In this document: positions 27,578 through 37,129 of the stretch, one piece after another
Numbering within the stretch: the stretch's first letter is position 1
Layout: every line of letters starts with the position of its first letter
Origin: Candidatus Nomurabacteria bacterium GW2011_GWE2_34_25
Lineage (GTDB): Bacteria > Patescibacteriota > Minisyncoccia > Phycocordibacterales > UBA9973
Direction of reading: 5' to 3'
Assembly: GCA_000990325.1 (NCBI GenBank)
Contig: LBPS01000008.1
Location: 97 to 64,096, forward strand
Length of the DNA: 64,000 nucleotides
Position numbers and translations under genes: made by a program
Notes under the pieces: model-generated
Told to the model about the DNA's origin: nothing
The model's input: the letters and a program-made list of their open reading frames with translations, nothing else
Database searches by the model: none

Positions 27578-30268
27578 ATGAAAAAAGATACAACAGACAA
27601 AATAATAATAAAAGGGGCTAGAACTCACAATTTGAAGAATATTAGTGTTGAGATGCCGAGGAATAAAATGATAGTTATTACTGGTATGTCTGGCTCTGGT
27701 AAGTCTTCTTTGGCATTCGATACTATATTTGCTGAAGGGCAAAGGCGCTATGTGGAGAGTCTCTCTGCTTATGCTCGCCAATTCTTGAACCAAATGCCGA
27801 AGCCAGATGTCGATGAGATTACTGGTCTTTCTCCAGCTATTTCTATCGACCAGAAGTCTAGGTCGAACAATCCTCGTTCAACAGTTGCAACCATCACAGA
27901 GATATATGACTATCTTCGTGTTCTTTATGCACGTATAGGGCATCCTCATTGCCCCGAGTGTGGCAATGAGATTAAGAAACTTTCCAATGATGAAATACTT
28001 CATTTTGCAATAGATAAGATAAAGAATTTTCAAAAGGATAATAAAAACCCCGTAAAAAAGCAAAGCTTTAACGGGGCGAGGAAAGTATTAGGTGTCGAGT
28101 GGAACGAAGCTCCTGTCTCAATTCTTTCTCCGGTAGTTAGAGGTAGGAAAGGTGAGTACTACCAACTTCTTTATGATTTACTCAACAAAGGTTTTGCCGA
28201 GGTTCGTCTAGATGGACAGATCAAGAAACTAAGAGAGAGGATTGATATTACGAAGACAAAAAAGCACGACATAGAAGTTATAGTAGACACATTCCAAATA
28301 CATGAATTCAAAGACAATGAAAAGGATTCATACTCACGTCTAGCAGAGAGTGTCGAGAGAGCCTTACTTGAATCCGATGGCCTTGTAATTATTAAAATAG
28401 ATGAAGACGAGTACCTTATGTCTTCCAAGTTTTCTTGTGCCAACGATGGTTTCGCTTTTCCTGAGATAGAGCCTAGGCTTTTCTCTTTCAATTCCCCATA
28501 TGGAGCTTGTCCTACTTGTAATGGACTTGGTACGAAGTATTTCGGTGGCACAGAACCTTGTGATGATTGTAAGGGTTTGCGATTACGACCTGAAGCACTT
28601 CATGTATATCTAGGTAAATCCGCTCCGCAGAAGCATAAAAATTCTTCGCGCTTTACCCTAAAGGGCTCCGACGCGGATAAGAATTTTCATGTTTCTGCTC
28701 CGCTAAATATTGTAGACGTTACTAAACTTTCCATTTCAGATGTTGCTGACTTTTTTATTGAACTACAGTTGAACGATCAAGAAAAAGAAATTTCAAAAGT
28801 AGTTATCAAAGAGATCGAGGCACGAATTCAGTTTTTACTAAACGTCGGGCTTGATTATTTATCTCTCGACCGAAAAGCCAATACTCTCTCTGGAGGAGAA
28901 GCGCAGAGAATACGTTTGGCTTCCCAGCTTGGTTCACGACTTGTCGGAGCTTTGTATGTGCTCGATGAACCGACGATAGGTTTACATCAGAGAGACAACG
29001 ACAAGCTTATTAAAACCCTTGAGAATCTTCGTGACTTAGGGAACACTATCATTGTCGTAGAGCACGATGAAGATACTATATATGCATCGGATTATATTGT
29101 AGATATAGGCCCGAAGGCTGGAGTACATGGAGGGCAAGTAATAGTGTCGGATTATTTACAAGATTTACTTGATGCACCAAAGAACGTTTCCAATTCTAGA
29201 ACTTTAGCATATCTTAGAAATGAAGCTAGAATAGAAGTTCCGGAGAAAAGAAGAAATAGCGATAAGGGTAGTATCAAAATAATTGGAGGTAAAATTTTCA
29301 ATATTGATAATCTCAATGCTGAGGTTCCTCTAGGTAAGCTTGTCACTATTACGGGAGTATCAGGAAGTGGGAAGAGTTCTTTCATGTATGAGATTATCCA
29401 CAAGAATCTTCAGGCAAGATATGAAAGGAAGTTTAGAACAGCAAAGATTTTCAACTGCGCATCTTTCACTGGGACGGAGTATGCTTCTCGCGTCGTTCTT
29501 ATCGATCAGTCTCCTATAGGCCGTACTCCTCGCTCCAACTTAGCTACTTACACAGGAGCATTTACTCATATCCGTGATATGTTCGCACTTAGTGAAGAAG
29601 CAAGACTGAAAGGTTGGAAAGCCAATAGATTCTCTTTCAATGTGAAGGGTGGACGCTGTGAGGCTTGTGAAGGGAATGGAGAGGTAGCGGTAGAGATGCA
29701 TTTCTTGCCGACTGTTTACGTCACTTGTGATGTTTGTAATGGTAAAAGATTTGACAAAGAGACTTTGACTGTGAAATATAAAAAGAAAAATATTTATGAA
29801 GTTCTTCAAATGACAGTTGAAGAAGCGATAACTTTCTGGGAAGATATTCCCGCTGTGTACGATCGCATGAAGACGCTTATGGAAGTCGGTCTTGGCTATG
29901 TGAAGCTTGGCCAGTCTGCTACAACTCTTTCGGGTGGAGAAGCACAACGCGTAAAAATTTCTTCAGAATTATTTAGACCGTATGAAGAGAAGACTATTTA
30001 TCTACTAGATGAGCCGACAGTTGGACTTCATTATGATGACGTAGCAAAGTTGCTTGAAGTTTTGAATAGACTTGTGAATAAGGGCAACAGCGTAGTAGTT
30101 ATAGAGCACAATATGGATATTATAAAATGTTCAGATCACATTATAGATATCGGCCCCGAAGGTGGTCTCGGTGGTGGCAAGATTGTAGCAAAGGGAACTC
30201 CTGAAGAAGTTGCTAATAATAAAAATTCACACACTGGTAAATATCTTAAGAAAGTTTTGAAAAAATAG
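27578..30268 (+). CDS. uvrA: Excinuclease ABC subunit A
   Basis: Two ABC ATPase modules (GMSGSGKSSL, GVSGSGKSS, LSGGEAQR x2) and Zn-finger CxxC pairs. Confidence 0.95.
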   Translation: MKKDTTDKIIIKGARTHNLKNISVEMPRNKMIVITGMSGSGKSSLAFDTIFAEGQRRYVESLSAYARQFLNQMPKPDVDEITGLSPAISIDQKSRSNNPRSTVATITEIYDYLRVLYARIGHPHCPECGNEIKKLSNDEILHFAIDKIKNFQKDNKNPVKKQSFNGARKVLGVEWNEAPVSILSPVVRGRKGEYYQLLYDLLNKGFAEVRLDGQIKKLRERIDITKTKKHDIEVIVDTFQIHEFKDNEKDSYSRLAESVERALLESDGLVIIKIDEDEYLMSSKFSCANDGFAFPEIEPRLFSFNSPYGACPTCNGLGTKYFGGTEPCDDCKGLRLRPEALHVYLGKSAPQKHKNSSRFTLKGSDADKNFHVSAPLNIVDVTKLSISDVADFFIELQLNDQEKEISKVVIKEIEARIQFLLNVGLDYLSLDRKANTLSGGEAQRIRLASQLGSRLVGALYVLDEPTIGLHQRDNDKLIKTLENLRDLGNTIIVVEHDEDTIYASDYIVDIGPKAGVHGGQVIVSDYLQDLLDAPKNVSNSRTLAYLRNEARIEVPEKRRNSDKGSIKIIGGKIFNIDNLNAEVPLGKLVTITGVSGSGKSSFMYEIIHKNLQARYERKFRTAKIFNCASFTGTEYASRVVLIDQSPIGRTPRSNLATYTGAFTHIRDMFALSEEARLKGWKANRFSFNVKGGRCEACEGNGEVAVEMHFLPTVYVTCDVCNGKRFDKETLTVKYKKKNIYEVLQMTVEEAITFWEDIPAVYDRMKTLMEVGLGYVKLGQSATTLSGGEAQRVKISSELFRPYEEKTIYLLDEPTVGLHYDDVAKLLEVLNRLVNKGNSVVVIEHNMDIIKCSDHIIDIGPEGGLGGGKIVAKGTPEEVANNKNSHTGKYLKKVLKK
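28622..28703 (+). repeat. In-frame ~80-bp near-perfect palindromic insertion inside uvrA (encodes APQKHKNSSRFTLKGSDADKNFHVS)
   Basis: ccgcagaagcataaaaattcttcgcg...cgcggataagaattttcatgtttctgctccgc has arms of ~25 bp that are reverse complements. Its core matches the tgt element at 24440. The region is extra relative to canonical UvrA. Confidence 0.7.
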
Positions 30269-30345
30269 CAGGGAAACCTGTCCCGTAGGAAGTAATCTTT
30301 CCTTCGGGATATTTGAAAAAGGTTTTGAGGAGGAAATAAAAAAAG

Positions 30346-30372
30346 AGCATCACTTTGTTGTGATGCTTCTTT
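30346..30372. terminator. Bidirectional terminator hairpin agcatcac-tttgt-tgtgatgct flanked by A-run and T-run
   Basis: A perfect 9-bp stem between convergent uvrA (+) and the ORF at 30384 (-). Confidence 0.75.
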
Positions 30373-30383
30373 TGATTTTTAAA

Positions 30384-30701
30384 TTAGTTTAGCCAAAGTC
30401 TGTAGGTTGATGTAATTGTTTCAATAAGGTACTCGTCCTCGTTAATTTTTAAGATCGATACAACTGGACTTGTTATTCCAATACCTCTTTTTTGTCTTAG
30501 TGGGTTGGGATTGTCAATTTCTCTGGTTTTTCTGATTGGCATCCCGGGTCTTATTGGAACGTATAAATCTAACTCAATGATTTTACCAACCTTTGTTTTT
30601 GATTTTTTACCTGGTTTAATGCCGAGCTTTTCAATTTTTGCCTTTGATCCAACCTCTCCTAGTTTTTCAAGGTAGCTACCTGAATTTTCATAACTCTCCA
30701 T
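30384..30701 (-). CDS. Hypothetical protein
   Basis: A 105-aa ORF with a K-rich segment. It sits between terminators and has a plausible promoter. No recognised motif. Confidence 0.4.
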   Translation of the reverse strand: MESYENSGSYLEKLGEVGSKAKIEKLGIKPGKKSKTKVGKIIELDLYVPIRPGMPIRKTREIDNPNPLRQKRGIGITSPVVSILKINEDEYLIETITSTYRLWLN

Positions 30702-30765
30702 AATTCCTCCGTTTTTAACAATTTAACATTTGTACAATATCTATTTTTAATCTAATATAATATAC

Positions 30766-31947
30766 GTGAATAGTCAACAGCTTAAGAAAATAGGGGTACC
30801 AGACAAGCCAGGGGTTTATTTTTTCCGTAAGGACAAAACTATACTTTATATAGGTAAGGCTACTTCGTTGCGGGATAGGGTAAAGAGCTATTTCTCAAAG
30901 GATATCATCGTTACCAGAGGGTCACATATATTAGATATGACGGTAAAAGCGGATAGGGTAGAATGGCAGGAGACGGATAGCGTTCTTGAATCTCTTATTT
31001 TAGAGGCAAATCTTATAAAGAAATTTAAGCCGAAATACAATACTAAAGAGAAGGATAACAAGAGCTTTAATTATGTTTGTATAACCAAAGAAAAGTTACC
31101 CAAAATTTTAATAGTTCGTGGTAGAGGAATGGATAAAAAGTTATATAGCAAAGTCTACGGTCCATTCCCAAATGGTCAGCAACTTAAAGAGGCAATGAAG
31201 ATTATTCGCAGAATTTTCCCATATTTTGACAATGATTCGTTAAAAAGGAATAATAGGGAATTTTACAAACAAATAGGACTAATTCCAGAAAAAGAATTTC
31301 AAGAAAATATAAAGAATATTAAGCTCTTATTTGAAGGAAAGAAGAAAAGTATTGTTATAAATCTTAAAGCTAAAATGGCAGCATTTTCAAAATCAAAAGA
31401 TTTTGAAAATGCTGCCAGAATTCGAGACCAAATATATGCCTTAAATCATATAAATGATATTTCCTTAATAAAAGAGGAAATATATGGAAGTCCGACTTCC
31501 ATATTTCGTATTGAAGCTTATGACGTGGCTCATATGGGAGGCAAGAATATGGTTGGAGTTATGACTGTTGTTGAGAATGGTGAAGTCAATAAAAGTGAAT
31601 ATAAGAAGTTTATTATCAGAACTCAAAGTGATGCCAATGACACAGGCGCACTCGAGGAAGTTCTTTCTCGTAGATTGCGTCATACAGAGTGGGGTTTGCC
31701 TAGTCTAATTGTTGTCGATGGTAGTACCGCCCAAGTAAATGTAGCTAAGAGAGTATTAAGTAGGTACCAGTTTGAGATACCAATAGTCGGAGTGGTGAAA
31801 GATGACAAACATAGACCAAAAGTGATAATAGGTAATGAAGAAATAATTAAAATATACAAAAAGCAGATCCTTCTTGCCAACAGTGAGTCACACAGATTTG
31901 CTATAACTTTCCATAAACAAAAGAGAAATAAAAGTTTTCTAAAATAG
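30766..31947 (+). CDS. uvrC: Excinuclease ABC subunit C, compact form (GIY-YIG nuclease + UVR domain + RNase H-like domain, lacking the C-terminal HhH)
   Basis: PGVYFFRKDKTILYIGKATSLRDRVKSYF (GIY-YIG), YGPFPNG, FENAARIRDQIYAL (UVR), and a C-terminal RNase H-like endonuclease region (EAYDVAHMGG). Confidence 0.85.
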   Translation: MNSQQLKKIGVPDKPGVYFFRKDKTILYIGKATSLRDRVKSYFSKDIIVTRGSHILDMTVKADRVEWQETDSVLESLILEANLIKKFKPKYNTKEKDNKSFNYVCITKEKLPKILIVRGRGMDKKLYSKVYGPFPNGQQLKEAMKIIRRIFPYFDNDSLKRNNREFYKQIGLIPEKEFQENIKNIKLLFEGKKKSIVINLKAKMAAFSKSKDFENAARIRDQIYALNHINDISLIKEEIYGSPTSIFRIEAYDVAHMGGKNMVGVMTVVENGEVNKSEYKKFIIRTQSDANDTGALEEVLSRRLRHTEWGLPSLIVVDGSTAQVNVAKRVLSRYQFEIPIVGVVKDDKHRPKVIIGNEEIIKIYKKQILLANSESHRFAITFHKQKRNKSFLK

Positions 31948-31970
31948 ATTATTGTTGATATAATATATTT

Positions 31971-32969
31971 ATGATAAAAGTTGGGGTTATACGTGGGGGG
32001 ACAAGTGGTGAGTACGAAGTATCTCTTAAGACAGGGAGCAATGTACTTTCTCATTTGAGGGGAGATAAGTTGAGTCAAACATATAAATCTATCGACATTC
32101 TTATCGATAAGGATGGAACTTGGCATATAAGTGGCAAGCCTGTATCGACAGCAGATGTATTCCATTCTGTGGATGTTATCTTCAATGCTTTGCATGGCGA
32201 CTTCGGAGAAGATGGCAAAGTTCAGCAAATGCTTGACCAGTGGAAGATTCCATATACTGGCTCAGGAGCTTTCGCTTCTGCCTTAGGATATAACAAAGTT
32301 TTAGCCAAAGAACAATTTAGTAGACTTGGAGTGAAGACACCCAATCATCTTGTCGTGTCTCAGTATCAAGAAGAGGATGGTGATTTTGAAACTTATGCTG
32401 TAAATGTTGCAAAGCAAATTCACGACAAGTTAGTACCTCCTTGGATAGTGAAGCCTCTTTCTGGTGGTTCTTCTGTTGGTATGAGAATGTGTAGGACTTA
32501 TCCAGAATTAATATCTGCTTTTATGGAAGGGGTAAACATGGAGACCGATGTTCTAGTAGAAGAACTTATAGAAGGGAAAGAAGCGACAGTAGGGGTTATA
32601 AATAATTTTCGTGATAAGGCTGTTTATGTGCTTCCTCCGATTGAGATAAGGATTCCTAAAAGCAAAGATTTTTTTGATTTTGAAGCAAAGTATACTGGAG
32701 TGTCAGAGGAAATTTGCCCTGGCAATTTCTCTCGTAGTGAAAAAGAGGAGCTCGAAAGACTAGCAGGAATTATTCATACAGGACTCAATCTCGATCATTA
32801 TTCTAGAAGTGATTTCATTGTACATCCGAAGAAGGGTATTTATGCGCTTGAAGTGAATACTTTACCAGGGCTAACCAACGAATCACTTGTTCCCAAAATG
32901 CTCAACGCTGTTGGGGCGACTGTCCCTGAATTTATTGATCACATTATTAAACTTGCATTAAAAAGGTAA
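31971..32969 (+). CDS. ddl: D-alanine--D-alanine ligase (copy 1)
   Basis: N-terminal VGVIRGGTSGEYEVSLKTG and ATP-grasp motifs (EELIEGKEATVGVI, LEVNTLPGLT). Confidence 0.85.
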   Translation: MIKVGVIRGGTSGEYEVSLKTGSNVLSHLRGDKLSQTYKSIDILIDKDGTWHISGKPVSTADVFHSVDVIFNALHGDFGEDGKVQQMLDQWKIPYTGSGAFASALGYNKVLAKEQFSRLGVKTPNHLVVSQYQEEDGDFETYAVNVAKQIHDKLVPPWIVKPLSGGSSVGMRMCRTYPELISAFMEGVNMETDVLVEELIEGKEATVGVINNFRDKAVYVLPPIEIRIPKSKDFFDFEAKYTGVSEEICPGNFSRSEKEELERLAGIIHTGLNLDHYSRSDFIVHPKKGIYALEVNTLPGLTNESLVPKMLNAVGATVPEFIDHIIKLALKR

Positions 32970-32970
32970 T

Positions 32971-33798
32971 ATGAAAATTTCTATTTTAGGTTATGGAACT
33001 TTTGGACAAGCTATTGCAACTCGTTTGATAATAAACGAACATGAAATTTTAATAAATGAAGTAAAAGGGAGCGACATGATACTTGTGGCAACTCCTTCGT
33101 ATAGAGTGAAAGAGGCTCTCTTAGAGCATAAAGATTTTATTATAAATCAGAAAATAATAATTTGTTCTAAAGGTTTTAATAAAGATGGGGATCTTATATC
33201 AACTGTCTTAGAAAAGGAATTCCCTCATAATTCAATTTATTTCTTATACGGTCCAACTTTAGCCGAAGGATTAATAAATGGAGATCTTTCAGCCATGGTC
33301 TTAGCTGGTGGAGCTGGTAAAGAAGAAATAAAGAAACAGATTGAATCACAGAATTTGAAAATTGAGTTAAGTAACGATGTAGTTGGAGTTCAAATAGGTG
33401 CTGCCATGAAAAATGTGGTAACTATTTTTGTGGGGATAGCTGAAGGAGCATCGTATGGCCAGAATACTCAAGCCTATATTTTTACTAAAGGATTACAAGA
33501 AATCCAGAAGTTGGGGGTTTCCTTGGGAGCAGAACCCAATACTTTTATGGGGTTAACATGTTCAGGGGACTTGTCTTTACGCTCTAGGAATCGTCTACTT
33601 GGGATTGAGATTGGCAAAGGGAGAAAGATAGAGGATATTTTAGCTAAGAAAAAATATATGCTGGAAGGATTGGCCACAATTAAAAATCACAAAAATATTA
33701 GTAGTAAACTCGGAGTAGAGTTACCGTTTGTTGATATTTTATTTTCGATAATTTTTGAAGGTGCCTCTATTGAGAAAGGGATAAGAAAGATTATATAG
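32971..33798 (+). CDS. gpsA: NAD(P)H-dependent glycerol-3-phosphate dehydrogenase (compact)
   Basis: Rossmann N-terminus ISILGYGTFGQAIA and the GpsA signature GAAMKNVVTIFVGIAEG...FMGLTCSGDLSLRSRNRLLGIEIGKG. Confidence 0.8.
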   Translation: MKISILGYGTFGQAIATRLIINEHEILINEVKGSDMILVATPSYRVKEALLEHKDFIINQKIIICSKGFNKDGDLISTVLEKEFPHNSIYFLYGPTLAEGLINGDLSAMVLAGGAGKEEIKKQIESQNLKIELSNDVVGVQIGAAMKNVVTIFVGIAEGASYGQNTQAYIFTKGLQEIQKLGVSLGAEPNTFMGLTCSGDLSLRSRNRLLGIEIGKGRKIEDILAKKKYMLEGLATIKNHKNISSKLGVELPFVDILFSIIFEGASIEKGIRKII

Positions 33799-34363
33799 TT
33801 TCTGTATTTTCTAATTTGTTTTCTTTTCGAAATAAATCTATCACAAAGAATGTGATCTTAATTCCGTTACCAGATAGATTAAAGAGTATTGCCACAGTGA
33901 AAAGTGACAAAGCCAGACTATTACTCAAAAAAGAAACAGCAATGGCGACAATAGCAGAACCAACAGGGAAGAGAATATGCATGTTAGCATGTTCATTTTC
34001 TTTTTTGGTGAAAGGCATATTTTCTATTGTCCCAGATTTTATCACATAGTTACGCATTTTAAACAGTGTAAGCCCAATGAAAATAATATTTAAAGCAAAG
34101 AAAATAATAGCAGTTTCAGAATTTACATATTGTCCCAAGAAACGAGAAGAGAAAGGTACAAGAGCAACAAAGAAAAGAAAAATTCCATTTAAATTTGAAA
34201 ACTTGGTATCAATATTTTTAGCAAGGACTGAAGCTATGAGGTGATGCGATCTCCAGTAAGTGAAAAGTAAAGAAAAACTAAGTAAATAGCTTAAGAAGAG
34301 GGGTGCCATTTCTACAAGTGTATTTAAGAGATGTTGTTCTGTGACTAATCCTGTATATGCCAT
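33791..34363 (-). CDS. Hypothetical integral membrane protein (about 5 TM helices)
   Basis: Hydrophobic segments throughout. No diagnostic motif recognised. Confidence 0.4.
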   Translation of the reverse strand: MAYTGLVTEQHLLNTLVEMAPLFLSYLLSFSLLFTYWRSHHLIASVLAKNIDTKFSNLNGIFLFFVALVPFSSRFLGQYVNSETAIIFFALNIIFIGLTLFKMRNYVIKSGTIENMPFTKKENEHANMHILFPVGSAIVAIAVSFLSNSLALSLFTVAILFNLSGNGIKITFFVIDLFRKENKLENTETI

Positions 34364-34421
34364 CGGAAAGTTGATCTAATCTTGATTGTTTCATATTTTT
34401 TATTATACCATATGAATTATT

Positions 34422-34956
34422 TTATTTAAATATCTCATCTACAAGAGTTAGAACCCCTTTTCTTGTTTTATTCGAGAAGGGGATTATAAGGTGGTCGCCA
34501 ACCACTTTTTTAATTTCTGCCATTTTTTTATGATAGTCGGATTGCTTTAGTTTATCTATCTTATTAGCCACGATTATGAAGTCTTTATGATGATTTCTAA
34601 GCTCGTTTAGCATGAGTATATCTTTGTCTGTCATGCCGACACCAGCATCGATAATCATCACAACTTTCTTTTGAGTATATATAGAGTTAAAAAGATATGA
34701 ATCTATAAGTTCTCCTATTTTCTCACGACCCAAGCCTGAAGCACGAGCGAAGCCGTATCCAGGCAAGTCTACCAAGTAGAAGGCATTATTTATCAGGAAT
34801 ATATTTATCTCTTGAGTTCTTCCTGGGAAGGAACTAGTACGGGCTTGATTTACCAACGTTCGAGCGCCCTATAAAGGCTATCTGGGGTATACCATCGGCT
34901 AGTATCTCATCATCTCCGACGATACCCTTCATGAATTTTGTAGTTGTTATTAACAT
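34422..34956 (-). pseudogene. engB: Ribosome-biogenesis GTPase EngB/YsxC with an internal deletion and frameshift between the G1 motif and switch region
   Basis: An upstream frame encodes MLITTTKFMKGIVGDDEILADGIPQIAFIGRSNVGKSS, then hits a stop. The main ORF resumes at ARTSSFPGRTQEINIFL...LVDLPGYGFA...NKIDKL. The ~10 residues between GKSS and ARTS are missing, and the frame changes. Confidence 0.75.
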
Positions 34957-35085
34957 ATTCACATATTAACAGATAAATGGTATTTGAGCTAAGTCGTGGT
35001 ATAATTTAATAGGTAGTTAATTGACATAAATATAAAAGGATAATTTAAAGCAGAAGTATTTTATTAATAATTTTTCATAAAATAT

Positions 35086-35517
35086 ATGACAATTTATTTT
35101 GAGTGGTCAGATGATCTTTCTGTTGGAGATGAAGTTATTGATTCTCAACACAAAAGATTATTGATCCAAATCAATAAAATTCTGGACGCCGTTGCTTTTG
35201 GTGTAGATTCCAAAGAAGTTCATGATAACATGATCCCGTTTTTAGATGAGTACATCAAAGAGCATTTTTGTTACGAAGAAGAATATATGAAGCAGATGAA
35301 TTATCCTAATATTAAGAGACACAAAAGAGAACATCATAATTTTATAAAAAATTACATTAAATTTAAAAAAGAATTTGAGAATGGAGCAGACAAGAAAGAA
35401 TTGATATCTAGAGTAGAAATATTTATGGGGACTTGGTGGATAAGACACATAGGAAAGGAAGACAAGGACTACCAGTTATTTTTAAAAAATCAAAAGAAAA
35501 ATAATAAAACACACTAA
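35086..35517 (+). CDS. Hemerythrin-like metal-binding protein (bacteriohemerythrin)
   Basis: His/Glu ligand pattern: HKRL, HF..EE..M, HKREHHNF, WWIRHI. Confidence 0.75.
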   Translation: MTIYFEWSDDLSVGDEVIDSQHKRLLIQINKILDAVAFGVDSKEVHDNMIPFLDEYIKEHFCYEEEYMKQMNYPNIKRHKREHHNFIKNYIKFKKEFENGADKKELISRVEIFMGTWWIRHIGKEDKDYQLFLKNQKKNNKTH

Positions 35518-35520
35518 AAT

Positions 35521-35545
35521 AACCTTATATTATAAGGTTATTTTA
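35521..35545 (+). terminator. Terminator hairpin aaccttata-t-tataaggtt followed by ATTTT
   Basis: A perfect 9-bp palindrome immediately after the hemerythrin stop. Confidence 0.55.
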
Positions 35546-35550
35546 CGCTG

Positions 35551-35624
35551 TGGACCCTACAGGACTCGAACCTGCCACCTCCTCATTGCAAATGAGGCGC
35601 TCTAGCCAGATGAGCTAAGGGCCC
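35551..35624 (-). tRNA. tRNA-Ala (anticodon TGC)
   Basis: Acceptor GGGCCCT/AGGGTCC with a G-U pair at position 3, anticodon stem CCTCA/TGAGG, loop TTTGCAA, and T-loop TTCGAGT. Confidence 0.85.
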
Positions 35625-35698
35625 AGCTAAATATCTCTCTATATTACCGTATTTTTAATTTTTTGCAAGACTGACTGATATTTTTATGTTGTTTTATT

Positions 35699-36994
35699 CT
35701 AGAACAGTGATATTGTCGCCGCTACAGCCGTGATACTCATAAGTATTGTAGCTATCCATCCTAGGGTTTTTGTGATAGGTTTATTTTTAAATTCACCCAT
35801 GATTTTTTGACTACTACTTATTTTTACTATAAAAACAAGAATTACAGGAGCTACTATTCCGTTGGCTATGGCAGAGTAGAGTAGTGCCTTTATGGGATCA
35901 ATACCAATAAAATTTAAAATTATTCCTATAATTATAGAAACAGCTATGACTCCATAGAAAGCATGAGCGGTTTTCCATTTACGATAAAGACCCTCTTTCC
36001 ACCCAAAGCTTTCAGTTATGGCATATGCAGTTGAACCGGCCAAGACTGGTATCGCTAGCAATCCAGTCCCGATGATTCCAATTGCAAAAAGAAGCGTTGC
36101 GAATGATCCCGCAAGAGGTTTCAATGCTAAGGCAGCATCAGCAGCTGTTTCTATGTTTGTGATTCCGTTTACAAAAAGAGTGTTTGCACATACTGCGATA
36201 ATGAAGAACATTACGAGATTTGAGAGGAACATTCCAACCCATATGTCCATTCGCATTTCTTTTATTTCACTATGAGTTGTTCCTTTACGTGAAGCTAAAG
36301 TTTTTTTACCATCCATTATTTCTTCCTCGATTTCCTCTGATGTTTGCCAGAAGAATAAATATGGAGAGATGGTTGTTCCCAGTATTCCAGTTATAAGTAA
36401 AATTTGAGTTTTTGAAAATGTTATATGAGGAATGATTCCGTCACGAAGAAGCAGAGACCAATCCATGTGGATTATAAGGCCAGTAACGATGTATGAGAAG
36501 ACCGCGATAACGAGCCATTTCAAATATTTTGTGTAAATACGATAAGGGACGATTATTTCTAAAAGTAGGCCTGCAATTCCAGTGAAAATAACAAGAAAAA
36601 CAAAAGAAGCCTTTGGAGCTAGTAGTTGCACTGCTTTGGCCATCGCCCCTAAGTCAGCTCCGATGTTTAATGTATTTGCAAAGAAGAGTAATATTGTACA
36701 AATATAAAGAATTTTCTTTGGGAAATTTCTTTTGATATTTGAAGCAAGTCCACGCCCTGTGACCATCGCTATACGAGCACACATTTCTTGGACTGTAGAT
36801 ACAAGTGGATAAATCCAGAGGGCCATCCAGAGTAATCCTGTTCCGTATTGAGCTCCTGTTTGTGAATAAGTAGTGATTCCAGAAGGATCATCATCTGCTG
36901 CTCCTGTTATGACTCCTGGTCCAATTTTTTTAAGATAATCTATTTTATCTTTCGATAAAGATTCTGTATTTTCTACTAATTCTTTTTCTTTCAT
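35699..36994 (-). CDS. mntH: Nramp-family divalent metal (Mn2+/Fe2+) transporter
   Basis: The signature GPGVITGAADDDPSGITTYSQTGAQYG and about 11 TM helices. The start is chosen at MKEKELVEN. Confidence 0.88.
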   Translation of the reverse strand: MKEKELVENTESLSKDKIDYLKKIGPGVITGAADDDPSGITTYSQTGAQYGTGLLWMALWIYPLVSTVQEMCARIAMVTGRGLASNIKRNFPKKILYICTILLFFANTLNIGADLGAMAKAVQLLAPKASFVFLVIFTGIAGLLLEIIVPYRIYTKYLKWLVIAVFSYIVTGLIIHMDWSLLLRDGIIPHITFSKTQILLITGILGTTISPYLFFWQTSEEIEEEIMDGKKTLASRKGTTHSEIKEMRMDIWVGMFLSNLVMFFIIAVCANTLFVNGITNIETAADAALALKPLAGSFATLLFAIGIIGTGLLAIPVLAGSTAYAITESFGWKEGLYRKWKTAHAFYGVIAVSIIIGIILNFIGIDPIKALLYSAIANGIVAPVILVFIVKISSSQKIMGEFKNKPITKTLGWIATILMSITAVAATISLF

Positions 36995-37129
36995 ATGAGA
37001 TGTATTATAACAACAAAAGAGGAGCACAACAAATGAATACTAATTCAATTTGTTGATGTCCGAGAGCCGTTGTTATATCGTACTCGATATACTTTTTATT
37101 ATAATTTGATACAATAAGGGTATCACTTT

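Noticed and set aside
37028-37129. Possible Mn-responsive riboswitch (yybP-ykoY) upstream of mntH
   Set aside because: I could not find the conserved riboswitch core sequences in the 5' region by eye. No support.
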